This document shows, one piece after another, positions 46,461 to 59,903 of a stretch of 64,000 nucleotides of DNA; the first letter of the stretch is position 1, and each line of letters opens with the position of its first letter. Under the pieces are notes generated by a model, which saw only the letters and a list, made by a program, of their open reading frames with translations, did not search any database and was not told where the DNA came from. Source of the DNA: Phoronis australis (Eukaryota; Animalia; Phoronida); the NCBI GenBank assembly GCA_002633005.1, contig NMRA01000459.1:233047-297046 (forward strand), written 5' to 3'. The translations under genes and the position numbers were made by a program.

Positions 46461-48059
46461 AATACGTTACTGTAGGGGTTACAACGAGACTTTCCCAATT
46501 TATGGACAGGTTCCACACATTCTGGGCTGCCTATTTGTCTTTTTTGATACCAATACACATCGCTACAGGCATAACTTTTGCAATGTAGTCGTGAGCACAT
46601 TTCAAACTATGCGTTACCCTAGGAACAGATCTGAAGTTGTTGGAAATTCACTTCCCACAATTCTTGAGGACAGCAAATTAGCTTTTAGATGTACATATTG
46701 GTCATCAAAACTGTGAAATCACGTTGTTTTTTTTTTCTGATTACTAACACTTAAAGTATATTAACCAAAATTTTTTCATGTTGATCAACCTTTAGCTAAC
46801 TCCCAGTATTGGACATCTCGGAGAATTTGCTGCTGGAATTGGGTGCTGCTCATGTCTCGTGTTGTTTATGGTTGAGGGTTTCTGCAACATTGTATTTCAT
46901 TTGTGGTGTGCTTTATACAGTACAATCTCCAATTTAGGGACTCTGTATGGCAGGCATGTAAAGTTTGACATTTTTCATTTGTTTCCAAAAGATGTATTAT
47001 CATCCACACAATGTTTTGAAAAATTCTTGGCATGCACGCCAATGCCAGATTGAAAATTAGAAAAAGAACAATTTTTGAAATTATTTTTGCTGAAATTGAT
47101 AAGATTTTACCTTTTTTCGGTTTAATTCTCAGATTTTCTTTAAACAAGCATTTTCTGTGAATGTGCATTTGATTCTAATTTGGAGTTCTATGGTTGGATA
47201 CATGCATCAGTATGACTATAATTTGTGTTTGATTAATGACATGTGCCTTTGAAAATGTGTGTAAATTTCTTTAACTGAGCACTTGTTAAGTTATTCTTAT
47301 ACAAAGACACCTAACCTGTGTTGATATGTCAAACATAAACGTGACCTTGACTTTCATCTTTTACTGGACTGTGTTAATTAACATGTAAATTTTTTTGAAA
47401 CCATGCAGTAGAAGTTTTCTACCCAGTTCTGTTGCAGTAGAAACTGTTCAGCCGTGTAGTTAGATAATCTTTAAATGGATTATGCTCATGAGATAAATTC
47501 CCAGCCTGGAGACTTACATCCAAGCTTGTTTTGTTCAACATAAACTGTATTTGTTAGTTCCAGCTTCATTAGGCTGCAAATCATGCTTGACTTGGTTAAA
47601 GCTTCAGTTTTCCTCGTTCAGTTTGCTGAAAAACAGAAATTGAATTGAGCCTTTTACTGTCATAAAATTGGTCTTGTAATATCCCTTACCACAATAGGTG
47701 TTTCTGATAACAGCAATACATGTACTATTAAGAGACCGTTCAGAGTGTATTGGGGTTGGTCAGTCATAAAATTACAAATTCGAAAGTGGTGCATGTAGCC
47801 ATTGCCTGTGACTTGTGTTGCCGGCTAATTTGGGCAACAATTCATGATTGCATGTCAATGTGATAATATTTTTAACCCCCGCTTATGTTAATAATTCCAA
47901 CATTGACAGTTCAACAGCAATGAAATAACCCTTTTATTATCGAAAGCCCCTGCAACAGTGGTGATGTACATATTTGTCTTCAAAATTGTGCACACTGGCA
48001 CTTTTCTTCCTCGAAACCAGTTTTGAAATTGTTATCTAAAGATTTTTTTCTCATTTCAG

Positions 48060-48134
48060 ATTGTAGGTGTGTGGTTAGCGCTGAGATTCCGGAATCAGAA
48101 AAACCCACAAGCAAATCCAAACGCATTCTTATGA
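48060..48134 (+). CDS. TSPAN13: Alternative distal last exon of the tetraspanin
   Basis: Acceptor tttttttctcatttcag, phase 0, 75 nt. Reads [24 protein letters not shown]; same length as exon 41340-41414 and 13/24 identical to it. Confidence 0.85.
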   Translation: MVGVWLALRFRNQKNPQANPNAFL

Positions 48135-51100
48135 GAGCGGCCATTTGTAAATACGCCACCTTAACGGTGTGAAAAAGGCAAGAATTAGCTTCTGTGTTGG
48201 TGTTCCTTGTGAGGACAACTGTTGTTGACATTACCAATGGGAATTAGTAGTGTTACCTTATTGTCCTTTGTATCTATCTGCTCAACTGGACTCATCTTGG
48301 TTTTAAGTTCAGATCACTTTCCAACAATTAACAATCAATATTTTTCATTAGAATATCGTCTCATGTACAACGTAAATTTAGAGTCACTTTGATTGATTGT
48401 CTGTGTTTTGGCAATTACCACGAGACACTCATGGAGTGGAGGGTCCCTGTGGGGGAGTGTTCTTCGCTAAACTGCAGTAGGAATTGTCGTTTGCTGTTAA
48501 ATAAGATAATTGGAAACAACACGACTACGGAACAATTTCAATTTCATTTTGAGCTTAAATTATCTACAATTAAAGTACTGAATTATTAGTTCAGGTTAAC
48601 GACCAGGACGTTTTCATTAAGTCTGGCAAGATTCAAAAGAAACGTGCTTGTATTTTGGGTGCTGAAGTTCTTCGTAGGTTGGTATTGATACAGTTACTGA
48701 TGCTTTTAGGGAACTGAAAGTCCAGACTGTGAATTGGGCAGGGGGTTGTAATCAAAGGCCATCATTTAAAAGTGAAAATTCTAAAAACCTGGTTGACATG
48801 TTGGTGAACTTAATTTGAGCCGAGCTATTATTCTGAGGGTTAGTATCATCACTTCCCGTGGTACATGATATAAATTCCACACACAATCCCTGAAAACATC
48901 ATTGCCAACGGAGTCACCAAAGGCATTGTTTAATGTGGGTAATTTGTCATATGAGTTGGCGTCATATTCCTACTGAACTTTTGGCATGGACACCTTTCCA
49001 CATGGCACAAGGAGCCTCTTGGCACTTGGCTTGGACCTTAATGTTTTCGATTTTCCACTAATGCTGACTCCTCTCTACTTTGCCAGTGATTGCAGTTCCT
49101 TTTCGGAACTAGTGTATGTCATTTACTTTGAAGAATTCAATTTTCGCATTGTCTTCAAAGTGAATAAGCTATTGATGTAATATGGTGTAATATGTCAAAC
49201 ACACAGGCTTGATTTGGTTCATTTTTGTAGGTGGTTGTACATTTTGATTTTAATGTATGTTTGATTATCATTCCTCGATTGGGTTGTGGCTCTACACAGT
49301 AAATATTAAAGCAAAAATTAGGCTGTTGATGTATGTATATATTTTCTGTTGATTGATGTCGTTTTAACTTATTTCCATACTATTAATTAGTAATAGATTT
49401 TGCTTAGGTTCAGTTGGTAGTTACTGCCACTTGGGTGAGCAGCGTTGTATAGGTTTCTGTCTGCAGTACTAGTGGCAATTGCTGCTCTGGAGCACCACAT
49501 AGTTTGTGTACAGAGGCTGGACGATGATCAACAAATAGGCAGCGTAATGCAGTTTCTCATAGACTGCTCGGCTATGCATGCCTGTTCACAGCCTTATGTC
49601 AGCTCTTTGATACTGGTGCATGCCCTTATCAGACACTCAACACATGTCCTCACTGCTGATTTTACTTGCTCTTAAGGAAACCCTCGGTGCATGTTCAAAA
49701 TGTCTTTTTACATGTTCATAAGGAAACACTCTACACATATTCTAAGTCGCTGGTCTACATGTTACTGAGAAAACAATCGTCATTTGCTCAAGGGGCACAT
49801 TCCCCATGAAACAACAACAACCAGGGTATTATCAGATTGTTTGCTCTTTAATATTATGAATGAAAACGTTGGTCTTTTATGCACATAGCTAATAAGATTT
49901 TTTGCACACACTAAGAGTCTGTTCCAGTTGTTGTGTGTCCAGTTGTACCTAGTGTTATGAAAGGATTTACATGCAGACACGGCCTTGGTCTGAATGACAG
50001 GATGTGCTGGCATTGTGTCATGCTCTGACAAGAGCGAATGCTTAGTGTTCGCCAAAAAGTGTTGTTCGAAACCCTGGAATTTTTAGTACTTGCACATTTG
50101 AGTGGACTGAAACCTCCTTTATCATTGTCAGGTTTTTATTTTCTCTGCTAAGTGAAAAGCTAGTGCACCTAATTTTTAAACAGGGTCGGGCTGTGCACAG
50201 GCATTCATCTTGTTAGAATGACGTTTTACAATCTAAAAAGTGTCATTGTGTGGACCTCAGTGTCTTGAGACTGAATCTTAAATCAAGAACAGATAGTGTG
50301 TTTCTTTAGTTATGAGTTTTGAGAATAGTTGCTGGTTAGTAATGTGTCAGTTAATGTGTTATTTGTTGCATTGTTTTAAGGTTTGTATGTTGGTTGGAAT
50401 GTCTCCTCACACCAGGCTCAAGGGGTTCTGAAGAAACTTTTTGGGGATCTTTTGTGGACCTCTGATTAATGTACATTGAGTAAATTGGCGAGGTATTCGC
50501 AGCAAAGAGGCAAAATTAGTGTTTGGTGTTGATTCGTGTTTCAAAACAAATATTGCAACACAAAATGACTCTTCTGGAGGCCTCAGTTGACGACATTTGC
50601 TCCGATAGTGACTTTACCGCGTTTGGTGCACTTAAAATGCCTTGCTTCACAAAAATGTTTACGCCCATGAATTATCTCCCGTGTGGACCATCCCTGTTTT
50701 TTATCAGGTACAGAATACCAATATTCCTCTTGACAGCCTTGGAAACTTTTAGAACGAACAACCAAGTTCTGTGCCAGACCAAAGAACAATTAAAATGCCA
50801 TATTGTACATGTGTGTGCTTGTCTGGGAACATGTGCACGACGTTCGTGTGCGCCCCCTGAACACTACCGAACAGGGACTGCTCTCGTTATGTTAGGTATC
50901 CTTCATATTTAGATCACATGCACGTTAGTGTAGTTTGTGGTCATTGGACCTATTCCCCGACTGCAGTTCAGTTTTTGTACTTCGCGAAATGACAACTCAA
51001 TGTGTAAACAATAATGATGTGTGGATCACTTAATTCGTCGTAGTAATCTCGTCTTCTCTCTAATAACCCAACTTTTGTTGGTCCTTGGGAAGTGAATTTT

Positions 51101-53497
51101 GGCCACGCAAAGAAATGACGTTTCGTTATTGCTGGATACCATGCTCAGCCAATAAGTAAATTTACGCGCCGTCTGGTGGTCAATATGTAGAGCCCTGTCT
51201 TCAATGAGCCATAACGAATTGTCGGAGTTCATCCCAAGCACATCGGATATCGCAAACCTTTGGAACAAATAAGTTCCATAAATGTAAGTGGTCTAAGTCA
51301 AACGTTTTTCGTAATGCTAGGTTGGTGATGGTCACTTTATGTTAGATGGGTTGTAGCCACTTACTAATGTTCTTTACGATCAGATGGCCCAGCGGATCAC
51401 GGCGAAACTTTGAACCTTTATTTGCCTACAGTTGTTGTATGTAGTGTGGAAGTGTGCCGAGATGCTGAGGCGTTCAGTGCTAATGGAGTGCAAACGTCAA
51501 GATTTTCTTATTGCCAACTACTTTTTGTATATTTTGTGTTTTCAAGTTGAATAAATTATGGTTTGGTGCAATTGCATTACGCGTTCTTTGATGCTTAGTG
51601 GGCCAGCCGCCAGGGATGTCGAACAAACTCGTACTGAACAATGCTCTGTAAACAGTATTCTCCAAAGCCCTGAAAAAATACTAGAGAACACTTTTCTAAG
51701 AGCTACTATAAATTTGCATGCTGACCGTGGAAGCGGGGGCCTCACGAACGTTTTTAAAGGATATCTCAAGATTTAGATTTTGTTGATCGCATAGTGTGTA
51801 CCAATTGGGTGTACATGCAACCGATAGTCGATTTGGTGACCTTTACGTCACTTTCAAACCCAACGAACTTTGCCGTATGGACGCGATATCTAAAGAAGTG
51901 GGTTTTAAGTTTTAGCGAGCTGTTTTGGGAGCAGCTGCCCAGTGCCAGTCGGTTCGTTGCAATGTCCAATTGAGTTTGTTTTCAAGAATAGGATCTACAG
52001 TATTTGGAGAGATCTTTTATCCAACGTGACCGTGGTCAGCTGGACCTAAACGACAGAACGCTGTAATGACATTTTTCATACTTCGGAAATGTGCTATGCC
52101 TTGCCATACCGAATACGAGAGAAAAATTGACGAAGTGGCGAGCAGTTGACTGGTAGTTTTTTAAATTTGAAACTGAAAGAAATCGTCTGTTTCAGTGGCA
52201 GAGAGCCATTTTGAATATTGCAATTAGTCTGTTTATCGCATTCCAAATGATTTCTTGTGTGTCTGTAAGCTCTCACTCACTTATCACCACAGCATCGCGT
52301 ACCAACACGATAGGCTTGTTTGCAAAGTTTAATTAGGCGAACGTGATACTAGATCAGAGCGTTATGTTGGAAAATTCTTGATTTTAACGCTACGTAACGA
52401 ACAAAATTTTGCTGAGTAACAAAAATGTAAACCCGATATCTTCGATCGTAATGAGTTCTGCAAAAGTAATTCTCAGATCTTACTTCAAACTGTCACGTGC
52501 AAGTTTTACGAATTTCAATGATCGATAAGTACTACTAACTGTTACTTTACCCCTTTAAATTAGTTACATGTAGGCACATGCGCCTATCTTTTCCAGACGT
52601 GAGTGAGGGGTGGTGAACGTGCGATAACATCTAGTTCTTTTGTTAACTGCCCAGCCCAGTCTTTTGTCCCGTATGATAACAAGCTGGCTAATTATCTCCC
52701 AGGCTTCAAAGGAAATGTATGGTGGTTGCACGCTATTACCGAACGCGTATGAACAGTCAAACCCAGTGCGTTGGTAATCCGTTTGGACACAATAGATTGG
52801 CTTAACTTCTGCTGTAGTTAGATGATTTTGGTGATTCAAAAACGGTACATGATCACCATTTGACGAGGAATTCAGAAATGCTATTGGTTTAAGCTCAAAT
52901 ATGTTATAACTTAACTTTCAGCCCAGTCCAGTCGGGCTACATACGATCTGATCGGAGATTAGAGCAATTATCGAACAAAAGAGCGCAGGCCCTCCAATCA
53001 TAAATGCCAGAATTAAGTTAATCAGTCGTGTAAAATATTAGCTTCGGGGGTAAACTTCCCAACTTCTTGTTGGGCTCTAAAATCGACCAAGTTGGGAGCA
53101 ACGGGATGTCGCCGTCATGTGACCTTTGACTTCAAGAAACTGACTGAGCTCATGCGCGCATTTATTATAAGTGGGAGGGAGATTAGAAACTCTGCGGTAA
53201 CCACTGAGTTTTTTCTTCGCGCGTATTTCAAAAATCGTGAATTTTGTTATTAGTTTGATGGAAATTTCCTCACAGGGAAAGTGTACTACTATGTTGCGAG
53301 ATACTTTCGTCACGGATTGTTTAAAAGATATTCACAATAAGCTTTCGCGTTCCATGCCTTAATTTTGTAGTCTAATTTCTCTGATAGTGTTTCATACAAA
53401 ATACATCAGTTCCTCACGACATTTGTTGAAAGTTCGTCAATAGTATCCGGCGGTTGACGTTATAGCGCTGCTGGATTACTAATAAGTACGCTTATCA

Positions 53498-56313
53498 TAG
53501 TCGGGTTCACTATGTCCAAATTTTGACATTCGTTGGAATTTTTGGGGGAAAGTGGAAACTATACATTTTTCGAAACCTCATGGAATGACGAATCAGAAAA
53601 TAATTGATTCCATTTTTTCGGTGGCCATCTTGGCGGCCATCTTGGATTTTCAAAAATGGCGCCTGTAAAATGGATTTTGCCCATTATATCCGCCCTTGGG
53701 TCACTGAGAATGTTAGTTTTTATGGCTACATCTGCACTTCTGAAGTCAATGAATTGGAAATTTTAATTTTATTCAGTGGCGGCCATATTGATGGCCATCT
53801 TGAAATTTCACAAATGGCGCCCGTAAAATACATTTTGCTCAGTATTTCTGCTCTTGGGTCACTTAGAATGTTAGTTTTATTAAATGGCTGCACCCACATT
53901 TTGTGGGGTAAGGAATTGAAAAACACCATTTCTAAAATGATTCATATAATCTAAATGGTTTTAATAGCAGATACGAACCCCCAGAATATTTAAAGGAATC
54001 ACAGAAACGCAGACTAACCTACATGTATATTTACAGTGTATGATCTATATCTTTTTGAAAAGACATTTGACACATATCTTTTGAAGATTTCGTTGTTACA
54101 TGTATATCCACTGCTCACTTTGGAATCCAGTTCTCCTCTACTCAATGGAAATGCATTTTGCCTTTGACAGTCGGAGGGCAGATAAGCTTGGCAGTAACCA
54201 GGCTGAGGATCAATGGCGAGAACAACTGTTGTAGCCTGCTGGGCAAATCGACCAGAAACCTGCTATCAGCCACTATGAATTCACCCTAATACCAAGACCA
54301 ACCTTTGCTACCAGTGGGGCAATGCTTTAATGCACAGACAAATCGAACCGAATTCCGCACCTCCTGCAGAAACTTTCCGAAGCAAACGTCTTAGAACAGG
54401 ACAGTCCTCAAGCTACAAGAGAGGTTTTAGACCCAGAAAACATGTAACCAAGTAACAACATCCAATGAGTGTGTTCACCCAAGCCACAGAACTGCACGTG
54501 TGGATAGTATGGACGTGATTTTCTTAACTAGAGATTATGACGATGTCATTCTGGTATTTGACACCCACAAAGACAACTCTTTGAAACAAGCCACAAGATA
54601 AAAAAGGAGGCAGAGAAAGGGTCAAGTACAGTACCAGATAAGAGATGAGACTTACATAAAGAGCATCCCAATGAGCCGTTTCCTCTCCCATGACCAAAAA
54701 AGGCTCAACTTACTGAATATCTGTCTGCAAAGACACTTGAATATAACCAAGACTCTGCCAAGATAGCCATTACTTCAGCTTCAGGATGCACAAAGAACAA
54801 CCGACGTGATCTACGCTTAGAAGAAAACGATGACGAAAATGCAGATGTATTGCTAATACACTGTACATCATGCAGTTCTGGCATCACATCAAAAGGTCCG
54901 TGATTCTCAGGTGATGTTTTGTTCACCTGACATAGATTTACTGGTACTCGTCACTGCCTATTATGACAGGCTTCTCAGAAATACTTCAGTCCCCATGTCA
55001 TCTGGGATTGTGGACGTGAATCCATTATGGACAATATTAGGTGTTGTCCGGCCGGGCAAAGGCTTTTCCTGCTTTCCATGCTTTTACATGGACAGACAAC
55101 ACTGGTCCATTCTATAGGTTGAATATATATTTGAAGGCAAACACCGATGATATCAATACACAGCAGACTTTTTGTACTGCTTATGAAGCAACAGGTGAAC
55201 CTCTCCTCACAGTAGCCCCTTTTACATGTGCATACTCACCACAGGGTATAGACACAAATAGCATCCCAGAGCTGAGATGGTACCTCTTCTGTGAACACTT
55301 AGTATGGCTGACAGCGGCAAAGGTCCACCAACCATTGGTGCTTTGAAATAGCATGTGCTGAGGGTGTTTATTAAAGTCAGAGTGTGGGGCCAGGCAGTCA
55401 TTGCTCGCGGGCAGGATTTCCTTGACCCATTGCAGAATGAATTTACAAGGACAAAGATGACCAGCTGAAACACTCACAACTGAGGAGCTTCCGGCGCCAG
55501 AGGCTATCATTGAGATGGTTAGATGCCAATGCAAAAACAATTCCTCTTCCCAAAGATGCTCTCGCCGATCAAAAGACCTATCTTACACAGATCTATGTCC
55601 GTATAGTGCAGAATATCAGAACAGTGATGATGATGTGATTCTGGTGACAATGATGGTTATAGTAATGATCTATAGACTGATTTCAAAGTTTTGAAAGACT
55701 ATTGACACTACAAAAAACATACTTTCGTGTTTTTCAAACGTAAATAAGTTGTTTAGGTACTGGTTTAGTTTTAAGTGTCTTGAAGGAAACAAGCTCCGAA
55801 CAAAATATACAAGAAAGTAAGATAGTGATCATATGTGTCGGATTACATGAAGAATGCATTTAGAAAATGTGGCTGCTCATAAATGGGGTTTTGATTATGT
55901 TTCTCATTTAATAAGTTGCATTTCCAGATATCTTGACCACAAAAATGTGGGTGCAGCCAATAAAACTAACATTCTAAGTGACCCAAGAGCAAAGATACTG
56001 AGGAAAATGTATTTTAGGGGTGCTATTTTTAAAAATCCAAGATGGCCGCCAAGATGGCGCCCAAAAATTAAAATTTCCAATTCCTTGATCTTAGAAATTC
56101 AAGTGTAGCCATAAAAAAACAACATTCTAAGTGACCCATAAGCGGATATATTCGGCAAAATCCATTTTACCGGCGCCACTTTTGAAAATCCAAGATGGCC
56201 GCTAAAAATGGAATCAATTATTTTCTGATTTGTCATTCCATGAGGTTTCCAAAAATGTATAGTTTCCACTTTCCCAAAAAAATTCCAACAAAATTAGACA
56301 ACAAACCTGACTA
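53498..56313 (+). mobile_element. Academ-type DNA transposon, internally deleted, with decayed XPG/PIN-like and Cys-rich coding relic
   Basis: TAG...CTA termini; 3-bp TSD TCA (53495-53497, 56314-56316); inverted repeats of about 400 bp. Disrupted frames at about 54500-55620 give ILVFDTHKDNSLKQATR, DENADVLLIH, SPDIDLLVL, AFPAFHAFTWTD, IPELRWYLF and MVRCQCK..RCS..TDLC. Confidence 0.85.
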
Positions 56314-56938
56314 TCAGACAGATTAACGTAGACAATGAAAAAGCTGGACTATGTAAACATTGGTTTGTCAACTTTCTTCCCTTGCTATCGCTGTCAAGCT
56401 GCTAACGACACGGCTGTATCCCGACTAGCGGATGACGGTGAATTGGGCGGAACACTCATCGTTGGGTGCGTAACCTAAATATCTTTTCAATTCTTTAGCA
56501 ATCAGGCATTCTGATGGCATTCATAGCAAGCTTCAACCGTATCGCCAATCAAGAAATTCACCAAGTGTAGAACCAAAAAGGTGTCGCTTTTCGGCCGAAT
56601 AACGGCCCTTGGCGGACAAGCCCTCAGAAAGTCGCAACGTTTTCGCCAGGGAACTTTATCTTGGTTTCTCGACCATTCGGACTATCGATCAGATGTCCAT
56701 TTATTTTTTCCTTTATCTGTGTGCATAACGTAAAATTGCCGTGGGGACTTGACAGGGACCTCAGGGGACTCACACTCCACTGATTTATCCACATTAATTT
56801 GAAAACGCTTTGCCCAGTCAAACATTGTGTGTCATAAAAGAGATAATCATACCAGCAGCTGACGCAGCAAGTAGAACTACTCTCGTTTATTACATTGGTG
56901 TAGACTCACAGTTGAACTGTGGTTTTCTATAGACCCCA

Positions 56939-57705
56939 CAGTGGCGGATCTAGGATATCACAAGGGGGGGCCCAACATTTTGTCCGGCTGTAAGCATTTA
57001 CGCAAACTGAACCACGATTGTAGATGCGCATAGCACCGAATGGAGGGAGGTCGGGAGGGGGGTTTGCCCAGGAAATTTTTCTGTTTTTACCTCTAAAAAT
57101 CAAGCATTTTCCTTGATTCCTGAAGTATTATTCAAGAAAAAAAAAAAAAAAAAAAAAAACACAGAGAACGNNNNNNNNNNNNNNNNNNNNNNNNNNNNNN
57201 NNNNNNNNNNNNNNNNNNNNNNNNNNNNNNNNNNNNNNNNNNNNNNNNNNNNNNNNNNNNNNNNNNNNNNNNNNNNNNNNNNNNNNNNNNNNNNNNNNNN
57301 NNNNNNNNNNNNNNNNNNNNNNNNNNNNNNNNNNNNNNNNNNNNNNNNNNNNNNNNNNNNNNNNNNNNNNNNNNNNNNNNNNNNNNNNNNNNNNNNNNNN
57401 NNNNNNNNNNNNNNNNNNNNNNNNNNNNNNNNNNNNNNNNNNNNNNNNNNNNNNNNNNNNNNNNNNNNNNNNNNNNNNNNNNNNNNNNNNNNNNNNNNNN
57501 NNNNNNNNNNNNNNNNNNNNNNNNNNNNNNNNNNNNNNNNNNNNNNNNNNNNNNNNNNNNNNNNNNNNNNNNNNNNNNNNNNNNNNNNNNNNNNNNNNNN
57601 NNNNNNNNNNNNNNNNNNNNNCTACGCTCTTACTGTTTTATTTTTTTTGCGGCAGCTAAGGGGGGGGCCCGGGCCCCCTGGGCCCCCCCCCTAAATCCGC
57701 CTATG
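56939..57705. mobile_element. GC-ended MITE spanning the assembly gap, 5-bp TSD
   Basis: CAGTGGCGGATCTAGG at left and CCTAAATCCGCCTATG at right; CCCCA on both flanks. Confidence 0.65.
57171..57621. other. Assembly gap (451 N)
   Basis: Run of N. Confidence 1.
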
Positions 57706-58603
57706 CCCCAAGACCGTCCCGAGTTGCACCATACATGTATACCAACTCCGGACGGTCTCTCACGACGATTAAGCGTTATGTGTGCTAATGGTCCATCTAG
57801 ATTTCGAGAAATGTTTTAAGCCTGGGAACATTCAATGAGTCTAGCTCATGCCATGAAGCGTTGTCTGCCTTATATACGATATTCCCGCAGTGAAATCCGA
57901 AATCATTGCCCATACCGCTTAGCGTGACTGGTGGCGCCGGCCTAGCGAACGATTTACGGACTTCTATCGACAATGTAGGGCCAACTATGTCAATGTTGGC
58001 ATACCACAAAAGTAAGTGGTAACCATGCAGCCAGTAAAAAGACCTTTTTCAGCTAATGTCCATCGCAATCGACTTCGCGCTTGCCAAAAATGCAATCATG
58101 TTTCCTGACTGTATCATTGACTTCCTTATTTGGAAAGTCACGTGACTTGACTGACCCCATAGGGAACGAAATATTCAGTACAATAAATATGCATACCCAG
58201 AAAGAGCCAAGAGGCATTGTATCTGGGTTAAATAAATACAAAGAAACCTATATAAAATTATACACAAATACATAAGTTAATAAACTGATATTAAGATTAC
58301 AATGACATATGATTACAAATATAAATAAATCATTTTAATACACAATAAGTTAGATCGACTCACACACAAAAAAATAAAATTAAAAAGAAATTTTGATAAT
58401 CAGTATTTCGAATAAAATCTTATTTTCATTTAGGTCGAGTTCTTTACTGTCGCATCATTGCCACGGAAGACAACAAACTCACAACAGCTGCGCACTATTC
58501 GGGCGATGAGAGTGCCTATAACTGTATTTCCGCAGCCAGTGGACCTGTTGGCAACATGGAATTAAACCCCAAACACGATTATGTGATCATGAATGGACAA
58601 ACC

Positions 58604-58760
58604 CAGTGGCGGACTTAGGGGGGGAGGCAATGGTGGATATGCTCCCCCTTAAAATTCTTCCAGGCCAATTGACAGTTCGGTGGTGCGAATGTCTGCCGGG
58701 CAAGATCCTGGCTATATTTTGCTCTAGCCCCTCTAAATCAAAGTCCTGGATCCTCCCCTG
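58604..58760. mobile_element. Short GC-ended MITE related to the 56939 element
   Basis: CAGTGGCGGACTTAGG at left and CCTGGATCCTCCCCTG at right; flanks AAACC and AAAAC (one mismatch). Confidence 0.55.
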
Positions 58761-59815
58761 AAAACTGTGCTCTACGTTATTGGAAGTGCAAGCAGCCTTC
58801 GTTGCTAAGTTTCTAGACGTCATTTCTATGACCTATCGTGAGAGCCGTCTAGTCTGATCAGCCGGGTACTGGTCAGCTATGTAAATCATGGGCAAAAGGG
58901 GGCGCTAAATATCTAATACTCATTGATTGCTTCAACGTCAAGATTCATCGCCGCCAACCTACTTATTCCGGTTCGAGGTTTACAATTTCGGCTTGACCTA
59001 CATGTAATTAGAAATGCCGAGGCCTGAGAACTTGAGCTGGGCACAGTAGTTGTGTTGATCGTGGGTTTACTATGTGTGACGCACTTCGCCACATCTCAGT
59101 ACTGGGGTACTGGTGATTGTTTGTGAATGACTTGTACTTGTGGAGTTAAGATCAACGAACAATAACAGCCTTCCCAAGAGTCTTCCTAAAACTAAGTATT
59201 CTTTGTTTTGAGTTGATCTGGAATAAAACGCAGTACCAGCACCGCTACATGTCAATGGTTATAATGAAGACAAATTCACTAACAACAACGTTTCCACAAC
59301 TGATTCAACACTTCTCAAAAGACTACTCTCCTCTTTTAAATTTTGATTCTATTTCTAGAATGAAATATTGGTATTTTTCAACACGAAAAACCTTATATTA
59401 AGCACAAAACTTCATTACTGAAAATTTTGTGGGTGGAAACATTTTCCCACTACCCTATTTACAGCAGCTTTGTTGTGCCAGTATGTTATGGATCCCTTGC
59501 TTCTCGTTTTCTGTCTCTGCCACCATATTTTTTCCCAATAATTCACTTACGTGATTATTGGTGCTGGGCACTGATCACACACATGTCCACCACAGCGAAC
59601 AAGATAACGTGTTTATTGGGAAGCCGGTTTACCCAGTCGCGAATACTAAAATGAGTTGCATGGCATCCAACTACGTCATGCGACCACGTGACGACTCACT
59701 CTGGGAGTGGCAGCAGTGTTGGATAGGTTTGCGCCGAATTGCAGCACCGAATTGAGTCTCGTCCTTTGTGTCGATTTTCTGTCTGTTGACACCTGTCGGA
59801 AGGAACATCTCCAAT

Positions 59816-59903
59816 ATGGGTGAATGGCAAAATGGTCTTTGTGGATGCTTCAACAATTTCGGATTGTGCATCGTGACATATTTCGTGCCATGCTACACAT
59901 TTG
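59816..59903 (+). CDS. First coding exon of a PLAC8/cornifelin-family cysteine-rich protein; later exons not found in window
   Basis: MGEWQNGLCGCFNNFGLCIVTYFVPCYTFG followed by a gtaagt donor; fits the PLAC8 N-terminal pattern W..GLC.CF.D...C....F.PC...G. Confidence 0.85.

Noticed and set aside
48200-53400. Short ORFs between the tetraspanin and the Academ element, e.g. 50523-50912 and 51026-51268
   Set aside because: No recognisable motifs or coherent exon chain; treated as UTR or intergenic, though a small unrecognised gene cannot be excluded.
57113-57694. 193-aa ORF in the track
   Set aside because: Artefact of reading through the N gap.
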